Origin: Candidatus Bathyarchaeia archaeon
GTDB taxonomy: Archaea > Thermoproteota > Bathyarchaeia > Bathyarchaeales > Bathycorpusculaceae
NCBI GenBank assembly: GCA_050012255.1
Contig: JBEKHN010000008.1
Coordinates: forward strand, 1 to 64,000
DNA: 64,000 nt
Direction of reading: 5' to 3'
The notes beneath the pieces were generated by a model. The model was not told the origin of the DNA and ran no database searches. It saw nothing but the letters and a program-made list of their open reading frames with translations. This document shows positions 18,368 through 29,349 of this stretch, one piece after another; the first letter of the stretch is position 1, and every line of letters begins with the position of its first letter. The translations under genes and the position numbers were made by a program.

Positions 18368-20731
18368 TTAGTTTTCTTTTCCTCTTAACAGTCTGTGGCG
18401 AAAAGAGAATCTCTCCTGTGTCTGAAGCAGAACACCAGAGATTTCTGCCACGGCTTTTTCTTTATCAGCCGAACGCAGACGTAACTCGTAGTGCATACCG
18501 TTTGTCAGGGTCGCTATCATGCCGGTTGTCCAAGAGCCCGTGGTTGATGGTTCATCGAAGAAAGCCAGCTCCGGGCTTAAAGGCGCGTTCGGTGCCGTGT
18601 TGATGACAACAGTCTGTATGCCTTCCCTTCTTATCATTTGCGCGACTGATATTGCGTCTGTGCGTGCTTCTTTCTCGTAATGGTAGAAAGAGGCGTCTAG
18701 AGGGTTGAATTCCCTTGTCAAGCCGGTCCGCATGTCATCCCTGAGCGGTATGTTGGCTTCGCCGTCAGTGATTATTGTGAGCACCGGAATCGTAGAGCTG
18801 TTTCTTCGTTTTTCTTCCTTCAGGACTTCGAGTCCTTTCAGCATCCCAGCGGCCAAGGGTGTCAGCCCACTCATTCTCAGCTTCAGCAGTTTGTTGGTCA
18901 CGAGTCTAAGGTTTGCCGTGGGGTGCTGTGCGACAATGGCTCCCGTGTCTTTGAAGGCCACAAGACCAACTCTGTCTCGGTAGCGGTAAGCGTCGTTGTG
19001 CAGTCTCAGCATGACTTCTTTGACACTGTCGATTCCCTCGAGCATTGATTCACTGAGGTCTAAAACGAAGACTATTGTCATCGGCGCTCTGTAGATTCGC
19101 AGCTTTTCTTTGACGTCCTCAGGGCGAATCGTGATTGCGATGTCAGAATCGTGTTCTCTTCCTTCTTGCTTCCTTGCAGCAGACCTGATGGTTGCGGCGA
19201 AATGGATGTCCAAGGGTGACCCTTTTGGGGTTTTCCATCCTACTGAGCGCCCCCGACGGATTGATGTCAATGATTCGGCTCTTTTTCCAACAGTCCTCAC
19301 AGGCTGCTTTGAAGGTTTTTTGCGGTTGGAAAAGAACCTGAATGGGAGAAACCTGCTGTCCTTGATTCTGTCAAGGAACTGTACGCCACTGACCAGTCGG
19401 GCCAAGGACAGTTCAGACTTGTTGACGAATGGTGCATGCTTGCCTCCCTTCTCAGGAGGAAAGTCGATCAGAAGGTCTCCTTTCTGGGCTTGGCTCTTTC
19501 GTGTCCGTTGATCTGTGGGTGTTTCTCCTTCAAAATTCTTCGATCTGCCGAATTGCTTTTCTGTTCCGCTTCGACTTCTCAGTCCGAAAGGTGAGAGAAG
19601 TCGCGTCTTGAGGTTTTTGGGTAAAGGTTCTTCGCGGTCGAGAGTTCCCTTCACTTTTTCCTTCATTCTGCCCTTCTCGCTTCCGGCATCGTAGTTCGCC
19701 TCCTTGAGTTTCATGGAAAGGGCGTTTCTAATCTCTTGTGATGTCGCAGGCTCCAGGAATCCTCCTTCTCTGGTCCTGTGGTTGAGCGCCAGCTCGGCCG
19801 CTTTTGCAACGTGTTCAACCGTCACTGCGTTCTTGTTTTCGAACGCAGCTAGGGTTCTTGCAGTTTTTGCTATGACGATGTCTGGGCGCACACCGTCGAC
19901 CTTGAGCTCAATGCACACCCTGCAGATCACTTCGATCAGTCGTTCAGAGAGTTCAACGTTAGGCAGGTTCTCCCTGGCCTGAGCTATTCTGGCTTTGAGT
20001 TCTTCTTGAGCGGCATTAGCTTTCTTGACGAAGGCTTCCGGGTTGGCTTCAAAATCGATGTTTCTCTTGACAATTTCAACGCGGTCCATCGCGTAGGCGA
20101 TGTTGTGAGCTTCTGCCGATAATGCGAAGCGATCAAGCAGCTGCGGTCTGATTTGGCCCTCCTCAGGGTTCATCGTGCCCACCAGTATGAAACGTGAGGG
20201 GTGTTTCACCGAGACTCCTTCACGCTCCACGATGTTCCATCCGGTTGCCGCAGCGTCTAGGAGATCATCTGCTATGTGGTCTGGCAGCAAGTTTACTTCA
20301 TCTATGTAGAGTATGTTCTGATTGGCTTCTGCCAAGATTCCGGGTTCAAAAGACTGCGTTCCAGATTTTATTGCCTTTTCAATGTCGAGGGTTCCCACGA
20401 CCGCATCTTCTGTTGCTCCAAGAGGGAGATCCACAACACGCATCTTCTTTTCTTGCGATTGCAATGAACCGTCTCTAAAATAGTCGGCTCGACATTTCTC
20501 GCACATGTTTGAAGCGTCGTCCGGGTTGCAGTTGAACGAGCAATCTTTAACTGCCTTGATGTTGGGAAGGACGTCGGCCAGCGCCCTCACAGCGGTGGTT
20601 TTCCCTGATCCTTTTGATCCCCTGATCAACACTCCCCCGATTTTGGGGTTAACGGCGTTCAGAATGAGTGCAAGCTTGAGATCTTCAAGCGAGACAATAG
20701 CAGAAAAAGGGAAAATCGTGGCTTGTGACAT
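18368..20731 (-). CDS. Chelatase ChlI/ChlD-like AAA+ ATPase fused to VWA domain
   Basis: [50 protein letters not shown]. Confidence 0.88.
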   Translation of the reverse strand: MSQATIFPFSAIVSLEDLKLALILNAVNPKIGGVLIRGSKGSGKTTAVRALADVLPNIKAVKDCSFNCNPDDASNMCEKCRADYFRDGSLQSQEKKMRVVDLPLGATEDAVVGTLDIEKAIKSGTQSFEPGILAEANQNILYIDEVNLLPDHIADDLLDAAATGWNIVEREGVSVKHPSRFILVGTMNPEEGQIRPQLLDRFALSAEAHNIAYAMDRVEIVKRNIDFEANPEAFVKKANAAQEELKARIAQARENLPNVELSERLIEVICRVCIELKVDGVRPDIVIAKTARTLAAFENKNAVTVEHVAKAAELALNHRTREGGFLEPATSQEIRNALSMKLKEANYDAGSEKGRMKEKVKGTLDREEPLPKNLKTRLLSPFGLRSRSGTEKQFGRSKNFEGETPTDQRTRKSQAQKGDLLIDFPPEKGGKHAPFVNKSELSLARLVSGVQFLDRIKDSRFLPFRFFSNRKKPSKQPVRTVGKRAESLTSIRRGRSVGWKTPKGSPLDIHFAATIRSAARKQEGREHDSDIAITIRPEDVKEKLRIYRAPMTIVFVLDLSESMLEGIDSVKEVMLRLHNDAYRYRDRVGLVAFKDTGAIVAQHPTANLRLVTNKLLKLRMSGLTPLAAGMLKGLEVLKEEKRRNSSTIPVLTIITDGEANIPLRDDMRTGLTREFNPLDASFYHYEKEARTDAISVAQMIRREGIQTVVINTAPNAPLSPELAFFDEPSTTGSWTTGMIATLTNGMHYELRLRSADKEKAVAEISGVLLQTQERFSFRHRLLRGKEN

Positions 20732-20819
20732 TTTCCCCCTCAAGTTACAAGTTGGACGCCCAGCTAATGAACTTGTCGAAAGCATCGCTCTTTGCCGAGA
20801 ACACAGTGACGAGATCCCT

Positions 20820-20972
20820 GTTTGGGTTTGGGACTAAACTTTGCCCCCCAAACCCAAACCTAAACCTTCTCTCCTCTTCTTTCTTTCTCTTAACTACTTA
20901 CATATCTCACACAGACAGAGACATCACACATATCTCACACAGACAAACAGACAGACAAAAACAAAGCGTGCG
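20820..20972 (+). repeat. Left long inverted repeat including palindromic TTTGGG box
   Basis: Reverse-complement match to 25266-25384; internal 13-bp IR GTTTGGGTTTGGG/CCCAAACCCAAAC. Confidence 0.8.
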
Positions 20973-21073
20973 TTACTGTTGACCACTCTATACACATACT
21001 AGCTAGAACTGCGATGAAAAACTTCTATCGACTCCCTCAAAAGAATGAAAGAAAAGAAGAATGGATGGAGTTA

Positions 21074-21664
21074 CTATCCTGTCATGTAGTAACCTATTTC
21101 ATACGAATAGGTGTGCCAAGTGTCTCCTAATACGATTATCATAGTTTCTCCTTTGATGTCAAACTCTCTCCAAGCACTTCCGCTAATCCCAGTTTCAAAC
21201 TCCTCAAGATGCTCAATCTGATTACTCCAATCTTGACTGTAATTGAATGCACCTTGGGTACGCCATCCGATGGTTATATTGCAATTTCCTACAAGGTGAA
21301 AATAGATTTTCCTGTATCCGTTTGTGTCTATCGCTAGTAGGGCCCAATGAGGATTGAAACCGCTGGAAAGATTGAAAAAAGGGTTCATAATGACATATCT
21401 TGTGCTGTTGGTAGCAGGTACTGTCTGGATTGTTGTTGGCCAGTTTGTCACGTTCACGTTTATCGCTGGGTCTCCAGATGTGCCAAAGTGACCTGCAAAC
21501 ACAATTGCATCATATATGTCGATTGTTCCATCATGGTTGAGGTCTACCAAAGGGTCGTAAGTTGCTGACGGAGTCTGACTTCTTGTCGATGTCATCATGA
21601 ATAGCGTTGCTGTCAAACAGAAAGTAGCCAGAACAGCGATTACGAAATCTTTCTTGTTTGTCAC
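21074..21664 (-). CDS. Secreted protein with dockerin-like Ca-binding motif
   Basis: Signal/anchor, DLNHDGTIDIYDAIVFAGHFG. Confidence 0.7.
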   Translation of the reverse strand: MTNKKDFVIAVLATFCLTATLFMMTSTRSQTPSATYDPLVDLNHDGTIDIYDAIVFAGHFGTSGDPAINVNVTNWPTTIQTVPATNSTRYVIMNPFFNLSSGFNPHWALLAIDTNGYRKIYFHLVGNCNITIGWRTQGAFNYSQDWSNQIEHLEEFETGISGSAWREFDIKGETMIIVLGDTWHTYSYEIGYYMTG

Positions 21665-21819
21665 AAAATCACCCCCCTTTCCCCTTGAAAATACACCAGT
21701 AATACTATCTATGGCTAGGCTATTTGTCTTCTGAAACTATCTTCTAATGAGGAACCCCACTCTCTTTTTTTTATCCGCCCGCGAAAGGCTTAATTTGGAT
21801 TTGGTTAATAGAAAGAGTC

Positions 21820-22416
21820 ATGCTCGACATGCCTTTTCTGACTAGACAAGACGAAGAATTTCAGATGCTTCTTGAAGTTGCTGAAGAATATCTTAGGCAA
21901 AAGTGCGGAGACACACCACAGAACAAATCTGGAAACGCAACTGAGACCGTAATCCGCAACCATCTTTTGAAAAGGGGGTTCAATATGACTCTGAATCCTA
22001 ATGTGAAGATTCAAGGGTCAAACACAAGGATTGATAGCCTTTTGCTAAAACCTAGCGTCATATCAAGCAAGCTAATCTATGCACCTAATGAGGTGAGCAC
22101 GGTAATTGAAATCAAGAATAATGCTGTTGCTAACCAGTCAAAGATAATAAAAGAGAACTTTGACAAATTGAGTAGAATCTCGGAAAATTTCCGTTTTGCC
22201 GTGATTGTTCTTTCTGAAAGAAAAGGCTACACGCATGAAATAACAGAAGAGAAACTTGAGAACAAGAAATATCGAGTCTTCACTCTTGTATCTCGTAAGA
22301 AGTATCCTAAAGGTGGACTCTACCGCAAAGAAGCTATCTTGGAAATGATGAATAACAACGAAATGATGAAAACTAGAAAATGGGAAGAACTTCTAGCACA
22401 CTTGAAACTTGTTTAA
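21820..22416 (+). CDS. PD-(D/E)XK restriction-endonuclease-like protein
   Basis: ETVIR...RIDSLL...IEIK. Confidence 0.55.
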   Translation: MLDMPFLTRQDEEFQMLLEVAEEYLRQKCGDTPQNKSGNATETVIRNHLLKRGFNMTLNPNVKIQGSNTRIDSLLLKPSVISSKLIYAPNEVSTVIEIKNNAVANQSKIIKENFDKLSRISENFRFAVIVLSERKGYTHEITEEKLENKKYRVFTLVSRKKYPKGGLYRKEAILEMMNNNEMMKTRKWEELLAHLKLV

Positions 22417-22440
22417 TGAATCGCTTGACTTTAAACGTGC

Positions 22441-22611
22441 TCATTCTTTCACCTTCACTGGTGGCTCAAGAATGTAAGTGTAGCTTTGTTTCCCATCAAG
22501 AACCTTTCTCAATTCTTCAAGGTTTGCCGTGTATCGAGCGTGCTTGACAACAACACTAACCTTCTTGCCATCCTTGCTTAAACTCAAATAGCCACAGTCT
22601 TTCCAAACCAT
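22441..22611 (-). CDS. Small hypothetical protein (56 aa), absent from ORF track
   Basis: MVWKDCGYLSLSKDGKKVSVVVKH...; AGGAGG RBS. Confidence 0.6.
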   Translation of the reverse strand: MVWKDCGYLSLSKDGKKVSVVVKHARYTANLEELRKVLDGKQSYTYILEPPVKVKE

Positions 22612-23021
22612 TATTATCGCCTCCTTTTCTTCCTGAGAAAATTGAGTATGAAACTGCGATTTCCCAGATGCTTCTTTATCATTTTGTCTTGAAGGCCATA
22701 GCGGAAAACAATTTTGGGAATAGGCTTCTTACCCTTTCTTGACATCCTTAAGGTTGAAGTTTCCTTGAGACACTGCATCCTAACGTATTTCTGCAAGTTC
22801 TCGTTTCCGCTTTCCAATGCTACCCAGTTCATTACGTGAACGTTTCTGCTCCAATCGACTTGGAAGATTAAAAATGACATGATAACTTGTCTTCCTGAGT
22901 CTGAAAAATATCTTTCTTTTCTGTTTCACAACGTAGTTTTTGTGGCTTGATTCCAAGATTATGAACCCTTCGAGTTTGAAAAAGAAGGTTGCTCTGTAAG
23001 CCCAGAGTTTTACTTCATCTA

Positions 23022-23177
23022 ATGAAGGGGTATTTCGAGAGTCAGGTCACTATTCCCAGAATCAAAAGAGGACAGAGGCAAGAGGTTGAAACCCTGATTA
23101 ACGAAGAGGCTATATTGCTTGCTCAATACTTGAGGAATGAACGGAGAGACTGGAATCCGAGAATCCCAACAGTCTAA
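23022..23177 (+). pseudogene. C-terminal remnant of a solo Cas1-like endonuclease
   Basis: FESQVTIPRIKRGQRQEVETLINEEAILLAQYLRNERRDWNPRI resembles, from recall, C-termini of archaeal solo Cas1. Confidence 0.55.
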
Positions 23178-23283
23178 TTCTATCTTAATCTCTTTTTATG
23201 GTAGAGATTAGCCTTTTCGCGCAATTAGGACAGGAGACCAAGACATCAATGTCTTTAAGTAAGAAAGGACAGTATCACTATCA

Positions 23284-23607
23284 GTGATTCGATTGTTAGA
23301 TATTTGGGGAAGGAAATCGAAAAAGCAGAGAAAACGAGAGATTATAGCAAATAACCGTGAGAGAGGTAGAATGGGAGAGGATTTGGTAGCTATGGAGTAT
23401 GCCATGTCTGGTTACGAAGTAGACAGAACCCATCCTAGAGGTGCTGACATGACTGTTAGAAAGAGAGGCCTGTTCACGGGAAGGGTGACGAGCACAAGGC
23501 GAATTGAAGTAAAGACAGGACCGAGAGCACGGCTGTCTCCTCTTCAGAAGAAAGTGAAAAAGAAGAAAAGGACTAAAGTTGAAAGAGTGGACTCGCCGTT
23601 CTTCTAA
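23284..23607 (+). CDS. Small PD-(D/E)XK nuclease-like protein
   Basis: GRMGE...GYEV...GAD...IEVKTG. Confidence 0.65.
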   Translation: MIRLLDIWGRKSKKQRKREIIANNRERGRMGEDLVAMEYAMSGYEVDRTHPRGADMTVRKRGLFTGRVTSTRRIEVKTGPRARLSPLQKKVKKKKRTKVERVDSPFF

Positions 23608-23640
23608 GATTTTTCAAGTCTCTTCTCTTGCGCGCGCTAG

Positions 23641-24213
23641 GTGTTAGCCATGAATGAGAACGAAAAGTTGGAGCAGGACGCAAGAATTGCATTGATGGAA
23701 CGTTATTCTTCTAAAGCGACTAATCAAACCATTCTTTTGCTCACTGTTCTTCTCATTTTCCTAACTTATGCGCAGCTCGTGTCTAACACGGGCATTCTCA
23801 GATATAATCTCCTATTCGGTGGCCTGGGTGTGGCTATTTATCTTTTCATTCGGCAGATGGGGCGACTGGTGTATTGGGCACAGCTCGACGAAGCCATTCT
23901 CTTTGTCAGTCCTTTAAAGGATTCCGAAGCTGACATTTGCATGAAATCACTAGTTAAAAGACTCGAACTGTCGGAGATAGCGCGCGCGTTAGTAGATCCC
24001 GTTGAACTTTCTCTGGATTTTAAGGCAACATACTTGACCAAATTATCATTGGCAAGCGGCCTCTATTTCACACGGAAATACAGACTAAAGATGTGGTGGG
24101 TGAGATTCTCTTACTTTAGTGGTCATATCCGATGGCTAATAATAGCGTTTGCGGGCACTTTAGTTATGGAGGTATTAGTTGGCGTTCTCGTATTAGTCCG
24201 CGTTCTCGTATAA
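23641..24213 (+). CDS. Hypothetical membrane protein
   Basis: Three hydrophobic segments. Confidence 0.6.
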   Translation: MLAMNENEKLEQDARIALMERYSSKATNQTILLLTVLLIFLTYAQLVSNTGILRYNLLFGGLGVAIYLFIRQMGRLVYWAQLDEAILFVSPLKDSEADICMKSLVKRLELSEIARALVDPVELSLDFKATYLTKLSLASGLYFTRKYRLKMWWVRFSYFSGHIRWLIIAFAGTLVMEVLVGVLVLVRVLV

Positions 24214-24414
24214 ATGTCACATGTGTAAAAAGATCATCAAGGCAGATGAAGGAGAGAGAGCGCCCTTACATCATAGTTATAGTCTAGTCTGTCTGTGTGT
24301 GTCTGTGTCTGTCTGTGCGCGCACTAATTACACTTCTCTAGACGCGATTCTGATTAGTTCTTTGAATCCGTTATTTTTATATCATTCCCAGCTGACATGA
24401 AAGCTTGAGCAAGG

Positions 24415-25205
24415 TTGAAGGAACATAAGAAGAAACGGGTTCAGATAACAGGTCCTGGCATAGTTAAAGCTGTTCAGGAGGCTACTGATACAGGCAAGGA
24501 CCTAGTGACAGTTAGAAAATATGATGAGAAAACAGGCAAAATCATCGAAATAGGTTATTTTTTAGCAGAAAAGGGAAAACCAGTAGACTCAGATTGGCGG
24601 ACAAAAATAAAGTGGCTTAGGAGAAACGAAGTGAATGTCATTTACGATACATGTGATCAGGAGAATGACGTGGAAACTGAACTCGGAGTGACTTATTCAC
24701 CTCCAGAGAGACTGGAAGAGAAAGGAAGAGAGTTCCTTCTCACTCTGGACCTGCCAGGATCAAAAATCATGAGATTCAGAAATATTTTCCAAACTGATCA
24801 GTCTAGGGTTTCAAGTTTCGTAGTTCAATTTGAGATATATGGATTTAAGCGAGAACCTGAACAATGGAAAGCAATCGCTCGATATGATTGCGCACATGGA
24901 TACATTCACCGTGACCTAATCTATTCAGACGGTCGGAAAGAAAAGAAGAAAACACGTTCTCAGGATCTCGGCGAGGCCATAAAAATTGCTACGAGTGATC
25001 TTAAGGATAATTCAGGCAATGGATTTCGAAGCTTGGATATGTGGAAATTCTTGCCTTGTTCCCTTCTCAGATGGATATAGATAAAGAGATCGATGAAGCC
25101 CAGATATTCCTTCTAGATCTTCTTGAACATCCCGAGAAAATCAATCAAGTTTCATCAACTTACAGACATAAATATTATCATGACATAAGTACGGATCTAC
25201 CCTAG
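24415..25205 (+). pseudogene. Frameshifted protein with RYDxAHG-H motif (putative toxin-like)
   Basis: IARYDCAHGYIHRD; protein-like alternative frame continues from ~25010 to a stop at 25205. Confidence 0.55.
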
Positions 25206-25265
25206 GGTTATGTCCAGCAAGTTTGTTAAGATTTGCCAGTGCGCGAAGCTACTCCTAAATAGTAA

Positions 25266-25384
25266 GCGCGCGCCTGTTTGTGTGAGATATGTGTGATATC
25301 TCTGTGAGATATGTAAGTAGTTAAGAAGAAGAGGAGAGAAGGTTTGAGTTTGGGGGGTAAAGGTAAAGTTTTATCCAACCAACC
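25266..25384 (-). repeat. Right long inverted repeat
   Basis: Reverse complement shares aaaccttctctcctcttctt, cttaactacttacatatctcaca and atcacacatatctcacaca with 20820-20972. Confidence 0.8.
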
Positions 25385-25458
25385 AATGACGGACCGCAGG
25401 TTGGAGGAACAAGGGTTAAGAGAAGAAAAACACTAACCTTCAAGCGGAGAGTTTGAAA

Positions 25459-25611
25459 ATGAAGGGCATAGTTGTTTATGACACCTCCTACGGAAACACC
25501 AAGACAATCGCAGAAACCATTGCGAAGACACTGAAAGAGTCTGGAACATAAGTTGACCTCTTCGACGTGAAGAACGTGAAGAACGTGAAGAAGCTAAGTG
25601 GAAAGGACTAA
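25459..25611 (+). pseudogene. Flavodoxin remnant
   Basis: MKGIVVYDTSYGNTKTIAETIA then in-frame stops. Confidence 0.8.
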
Positions 25612-25773
25612 AGCTGCTGTGTTTGGGCAAAAGGGACCGCTTAAAGAAGGCGAAATCGAGCGGACAAAGGAGTGTGCAAGGGAACTCGCCATTAAATTGA
25701 AGGAAGACACAGTCTGAACCTTTTCTTGGTTGGGGTAAAGTTTTTTCCCAACGCGACAATGCGAATGCGAGGC

Positions 25774-26145
25774 TTAGATCAATCGGACTTCCGCGCTTGT
25801 CGGCAGATTAGTTTGCTTTCTTTTCTTTGCGGCTTGCCAAAGGTTTTGAATGGTTTTTTGAAAGATCTCCCTTTCCTTGGTAAGGATTTCGACAGAATCT
25901 GCGAGTTCCTCCTTTTGAACACGCAACTTGTTCGTTTCTTCTCGAAGCTGCCAGACTCTTCGTTTGGACGCCTTCGTCTCCTTTCTTAACTCCGCAACCT
26001 CTCTTCGAAGCGTCTCCACCTGGCCAGTCAAGACATTCATGTACGCCTTTAACTCATCGTTCTGCTTCTGCAACTCTTCGTATTTGGACTTCCGAGCTAG
26101 ACCGAAGACCAAAGAGGTTCCTCCGACACGTAAGCATGGCAGCAA
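25774..26145 (-). CDS. Coiled-coil hypothetical protein
   Basis: Heptad-like E/K/L-rich sequence; start uncertain. Confidence 0.6.
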   Translation of the reverse strand: MLPCLRVGGTSLVFGLARKSKYEELQKQNDELKAYMNVLTGQVETLRREVAELRKETKASKRRVWQLREETNKLRVQKEELADSVEILTKEREIFQKTIQNLWQAAKKRKQTNLPTSAEVRLI

Positions 26146-26273
26146 AAGATATAAAAATAGCGGGAGGGGGCTTTGGGGGTAAAGTTTTATCCCAAACCCA
26201 AACGGTGTTTTTCTAACGATGGCATGTATTGTTCTAATGATTAGGATTATATCTTCTTCTCGTGCAGTTATAG

Positions 26274-26570
26274 TTGGAGGATATGGGAGTAAAATCTATC
26301 GTATTTTTGCTGATTGTTGCTGCATTAGTTAGTGTTCTTGTTGTGGTTGGAGGTCTGCTTTATCACCAACCTTTGAGGTATGCGGACTATGAAGCTGATA
26401 GGCTTGGTTTTCCGTATTATTGGATAGAGCATGTCACAGCTACTTTTGCAGGGCGAACAGATTTCTGGAACATCGCAGTATGGAATTTCGCTGTTGACTT
26501 CATCCTATTTTTTGCGGTTGGTTGCGTGGCGTTTTGTCTGGCTCTTGTTTGGAAGTCGAAAACAGGTTAG
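26274..26570 (+). CDS. Small two-TM membrane protein
   Basis: Two hydrophobic helices around GFPYYW; flanked by inverted boxes. Confidence 0.65.
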   Translation: MEDMGVKSIVFLLIVAALVSVLVVVGGLLYHQPLRYADYEADRLGFPYYWIEHVTATFAGRTDFWNIAVWNFAVDFILFFAVGCVAFCLALVWKSKTG

Positions 26571-26722
26571 TTTGGTGTGCAAAAGAGCTTTGGGTTTGGG
26601 TTTGGGTTTGGGGATAAAACTTTACCCCCCACACAAATACTTGTTTACGTTTCTGTTTATGTTTTTGGTTACGTACGTGTGTAAAACCCGCCACACGCGC
26701 ATGTGCGCGTCATTCCAAGAAT

Positions 26723-27502
26723 TTAGAATAAACTTCCCTGGTCTCTCGTGTAAATGCTTAACCAATCAACGTGATTCGCAAGGGATAGATACCTCATTTG
26801 AGAATAAGTTCTGATATTATCGAGAAGCACAGCAACAAAAGCTTTGGTCTCTTCATTATATTCATCAACCATTTTTAGGGATCCCTCGGGTACTACTACA
26901 TTTAACCAAGAGAATTTGTCCACCAAACACACACCAAGCAGAGGCTTAGCGTTTTCCATCATCCATTTGAGAATATCCTTTTGGCTTGCACCTTCGAAGA
27001 TTCCCCTATCATAAAATCCCACAAGGCTGTAGAAAGGCCGCATTTTGTCATAATCATGATATATACTGCAAGCGGGATTGTATACATTCTCGTATAAGGT
27101 CTGCGCTGATTTTGCATATTTCTTGATAGTGTCTTTGTCGATCCAGCTTCTAACCTGAATGACCCCCAACACACATTCAGCGGGATAAACACCCACTTTT
27201 TGTTCTTCAATAAATGGAGGCAATATTCTATTATCGTAGACGATAATGTCGATTTCTTCGCTCTGCTCTCCCTTTTGATTAATGATAACTCCTGTTCCTA
27301 TGCCGAATTGGTTAGTGAGGAACTTTGACAGAATCTTTGACGTGAAAAGCTCTCTCAATCGGCCTTTTTCTGAACTGTGACTCAGATTCTTGATTGCTTT
27401 CGCTTCAGCTATGAAACCCTTAATGATTGCACTTGTATGTTGTTTGATTAGGCTACGATTCTTTTCAGATTTTTTCTGACTTTTAGTCATAAATCGATTC
27501 AT
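26723..27502 (-). CDS. DUF6602-like restriction-endonuclease-fold protein
   Basis: KGRLRE, GTGVII, QSEEIDIIVYD, PAECVLGVIQVRS. Confidence 0.7.
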   Translation of the reverse strand: MNRFMTKSQKKSEKNRSLIKQHTSAIIKGFIAEAKAIKNLSHSSEKGRLRELFTSKILSKFLTNQFGIGTGVIINQKGEQSEEIDIIVYDNRILPPFIEEQKVGVYPAECVLGVIQVRSWIDKDTIKKYAKSAQTLYENVYNPACSIYHDYDKMRPFYSLVGFYDRGIFEGASQKDILKWMMENAKPLLGVCLVDKFSWLNVVVPEGSLKMVDEYNEETKAFVAVLLDNIRTYSQMRYLSLANHVDWLSIYTRDQGSLF

Positions 27503-27700
27503 GGCCGCGTTACAACAAGGATATAATTGCTGAAGGGTCGTATAAACAGTGAGCGCGCGCTGGAAGATGGACGACGTTCAACAAGAATGCGCGCGCCCCG
27601 TTCTGAGTGACTCCGCCCACGTTTTTGCACTACAAGTTGTACATAGCACGCGCGATTTTTCAGAAATTGACTTATTTACAAGCAGACACAACTATTTGGG

Positions 27701-28366
27701 GTGCAGTTTGCGAATATGGAAGACAACGCGAAAGCTCTTGCCAAATACATCGGCACTCTAACCGATTTTCAGATTGTCGATCCGTCGTACCCATACAATC
27801 GTATGGGGGCCACAATTACTGACGCAATGCTGCAAGCAGGCATAAACTACGAGGCGGTTGTTAAGCCCCGCGTAAACTGTGTATACGAGTACCACGAGGC
27901 TAAAACAACTTCAGGCTTTCTCAAACTACTTGCGCGAAAGGATCCACATGTACTATTGAATTGGAAAGGAGAGAAACCAAACCGTGTCTTGCGAGTTGCC
28001 AAATTGTTCAATGCGGAAAACATAGAGACAGAGGAACAACTCAAAACGTGGTTAGCAAAAGAAGAAAACGCCCAAAAACTCGGAAAAGTCAAAGGCGTAG
28101 GGAATAAGACTTTAGACTATTTCAAGATGCTTTCAGGTATGCATACAAGTGCAATCGACCGACACCTACAAAACTTCCTTCACCGTGCAGGCATCCATGT
28201 GGTTAGCTATTTGGAAGCACAAGAAGTGATTAACAAGGCCGCTAACCAACTGAAGGTCAAGGAATCTACATTCGACCACAGCATTTGGAAATATATGTCT
28301 GACCGAAAGCGTACCAATTCTCGTAGTTGTGGTGGCAAACACGATCTTTGGTTGAAATCGAAATAG
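27701..28366 (+). CDS. HhH-GPD-like DNA glycosylase-fold protein
   Basis: KVKGVGNKTLDYFKML, AIDRHL, FDHSIW. Confidence 0.65.
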   Translation: MQFANMEDNAKALAKYIGTLTDFQIVDPSYPYNRMGATITDAMLQAGINYEAVVKPRVNCVYEYHEAKTTSGFLKLLARKDPHVLLNWKGEKPNRVLRVAKLFNAENIETEEQLKTWLAKEENAQKLGKVKGVGNKTLDYFKMLSGMHTSAIDRHLQNFLHRAGIHVVSYLEAQEVINKAANQLKVKESTFDHSIWKYMSDRKRTNSRSCGGKHDLWLKSK

Positions 28367-28626
28367 AGCCTCACGCCATCGGGCGAAGGAAGGAACGAGG
28401 TTGCATCCTCTGAGAAGTTATTCTGTACTAAGCTCGCGTTAAGTCACTTGTTACATTTCATGCACTTTCACATTGCTTCAAGTGTCTCAACTTTCAAATT
28501 GTTACAAGAACAGTCGTCAAGGAAAAGATTTTAGGGCGCGATGTCGGCAACGTGACCGACAGGGTCTATGACTAATAGCCTCTCGGTACTATCAAGTCTT
28601 TTTGCCTAAGGTGTCTGGTTGGTTGA

Positions 28627-29349
28627 TTAAGTTACTCTTTCAAAGTCAAATTTTACCTTGTACTTCATTAGAGCAACATTTTCTAACAAAGAGACAGCAG
28701 AGGTTAATCTATTTGAGAAATCATATGCAATAATAATTCCTCTAACTCTTTTCTGGTCAGCAAGAGTTTTTTTAACGTCAGCCATGTAGGCAAGAACTTG
28801 GGCCAATACCGAGTCTGTCGCAGTGCCAGCTTTAAGCTCTATCACAACAAAACTGCCTTCTTTATCTACGGCAAGAACATCTATTCTTCCAGAGTCAACA
28901 GAGAACTGTTCACCACGGTCTCTTTGATATTGGCTCAAACCATCTTCAACCGAAGCGAGGTCCCTAAGGATGAATGTTTCAAGGTCGCCCTCCAGACTTA
29001 TTTGAACCTCTTCCAAGTTCTCTTCGATTGTATCTTCCTCTTCACCATTCTCTTCGGTTGTTTTCTCTTCGGTTGTTATATCCATTCTATCCCTAAGTCG
29101 GAATCGACCTCTGTCCAAATATTCAAAAAAGCCATGCCGTTTGCGAGTGGAAGGATGGTGTTTGCTGGAAGGATGATTAGGTGCCATAGCAATAACATAT
29201 GAGCGTATAGTTCCAGCAGGTATCTCGGGATTTGTTTCATGAACTTTTCTAATTATATCGTTTGGTGCAAAAGTCGGTGATTTTAGCTCTCTTGCAGCCT
29301 CAAAAACGTGTAGCCATATTGGTGTTCCATACTTTCCCATATGATCCAC
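28627..29349 (-). CDS. NucS/EndoMS-like PD-(D/E)XK nuclease with N-terminal wHTH-like domain
   Basis: LEGDLE, GRIDVLAVD, VVIELK, QVLAYM, RGIIIA. Confidence 0.8.
   Translation of the reverse strand: MDHMGKYGTPIWLHVFEAARELKSPTFAPNDIIRKVHETNPEIPAGTIRSYVIAMAPNHPSSKHHPSTRKRHGFFEYLDRGRFRLRDRMDITTEEKTTEENGEEEDTIEENLEEVQISLEGDLETFILRDLASVEDGLSQYQRDRGEQFSVDSGRIDVLAVDKEGSFVVIELKAGTATDSVLAQVLAYMADVKKTLADQKRVRGIIIAYDFSNRLTSAVSLLENVALMKYKVKFDFERVT

Noticed and set aside
20820-26630. Repeats as a CRISPR array next to the Cas1 remnant
   Set aside because: Irregular spacing, mixed orientation and no equal-length spacers
20820-26630. Boxes as ORB origin elements or dif sites
   Set aside because: No match to the TCCA-GAAAC/G-string ORB or archaeal dif consensus; no cdc6 nearby
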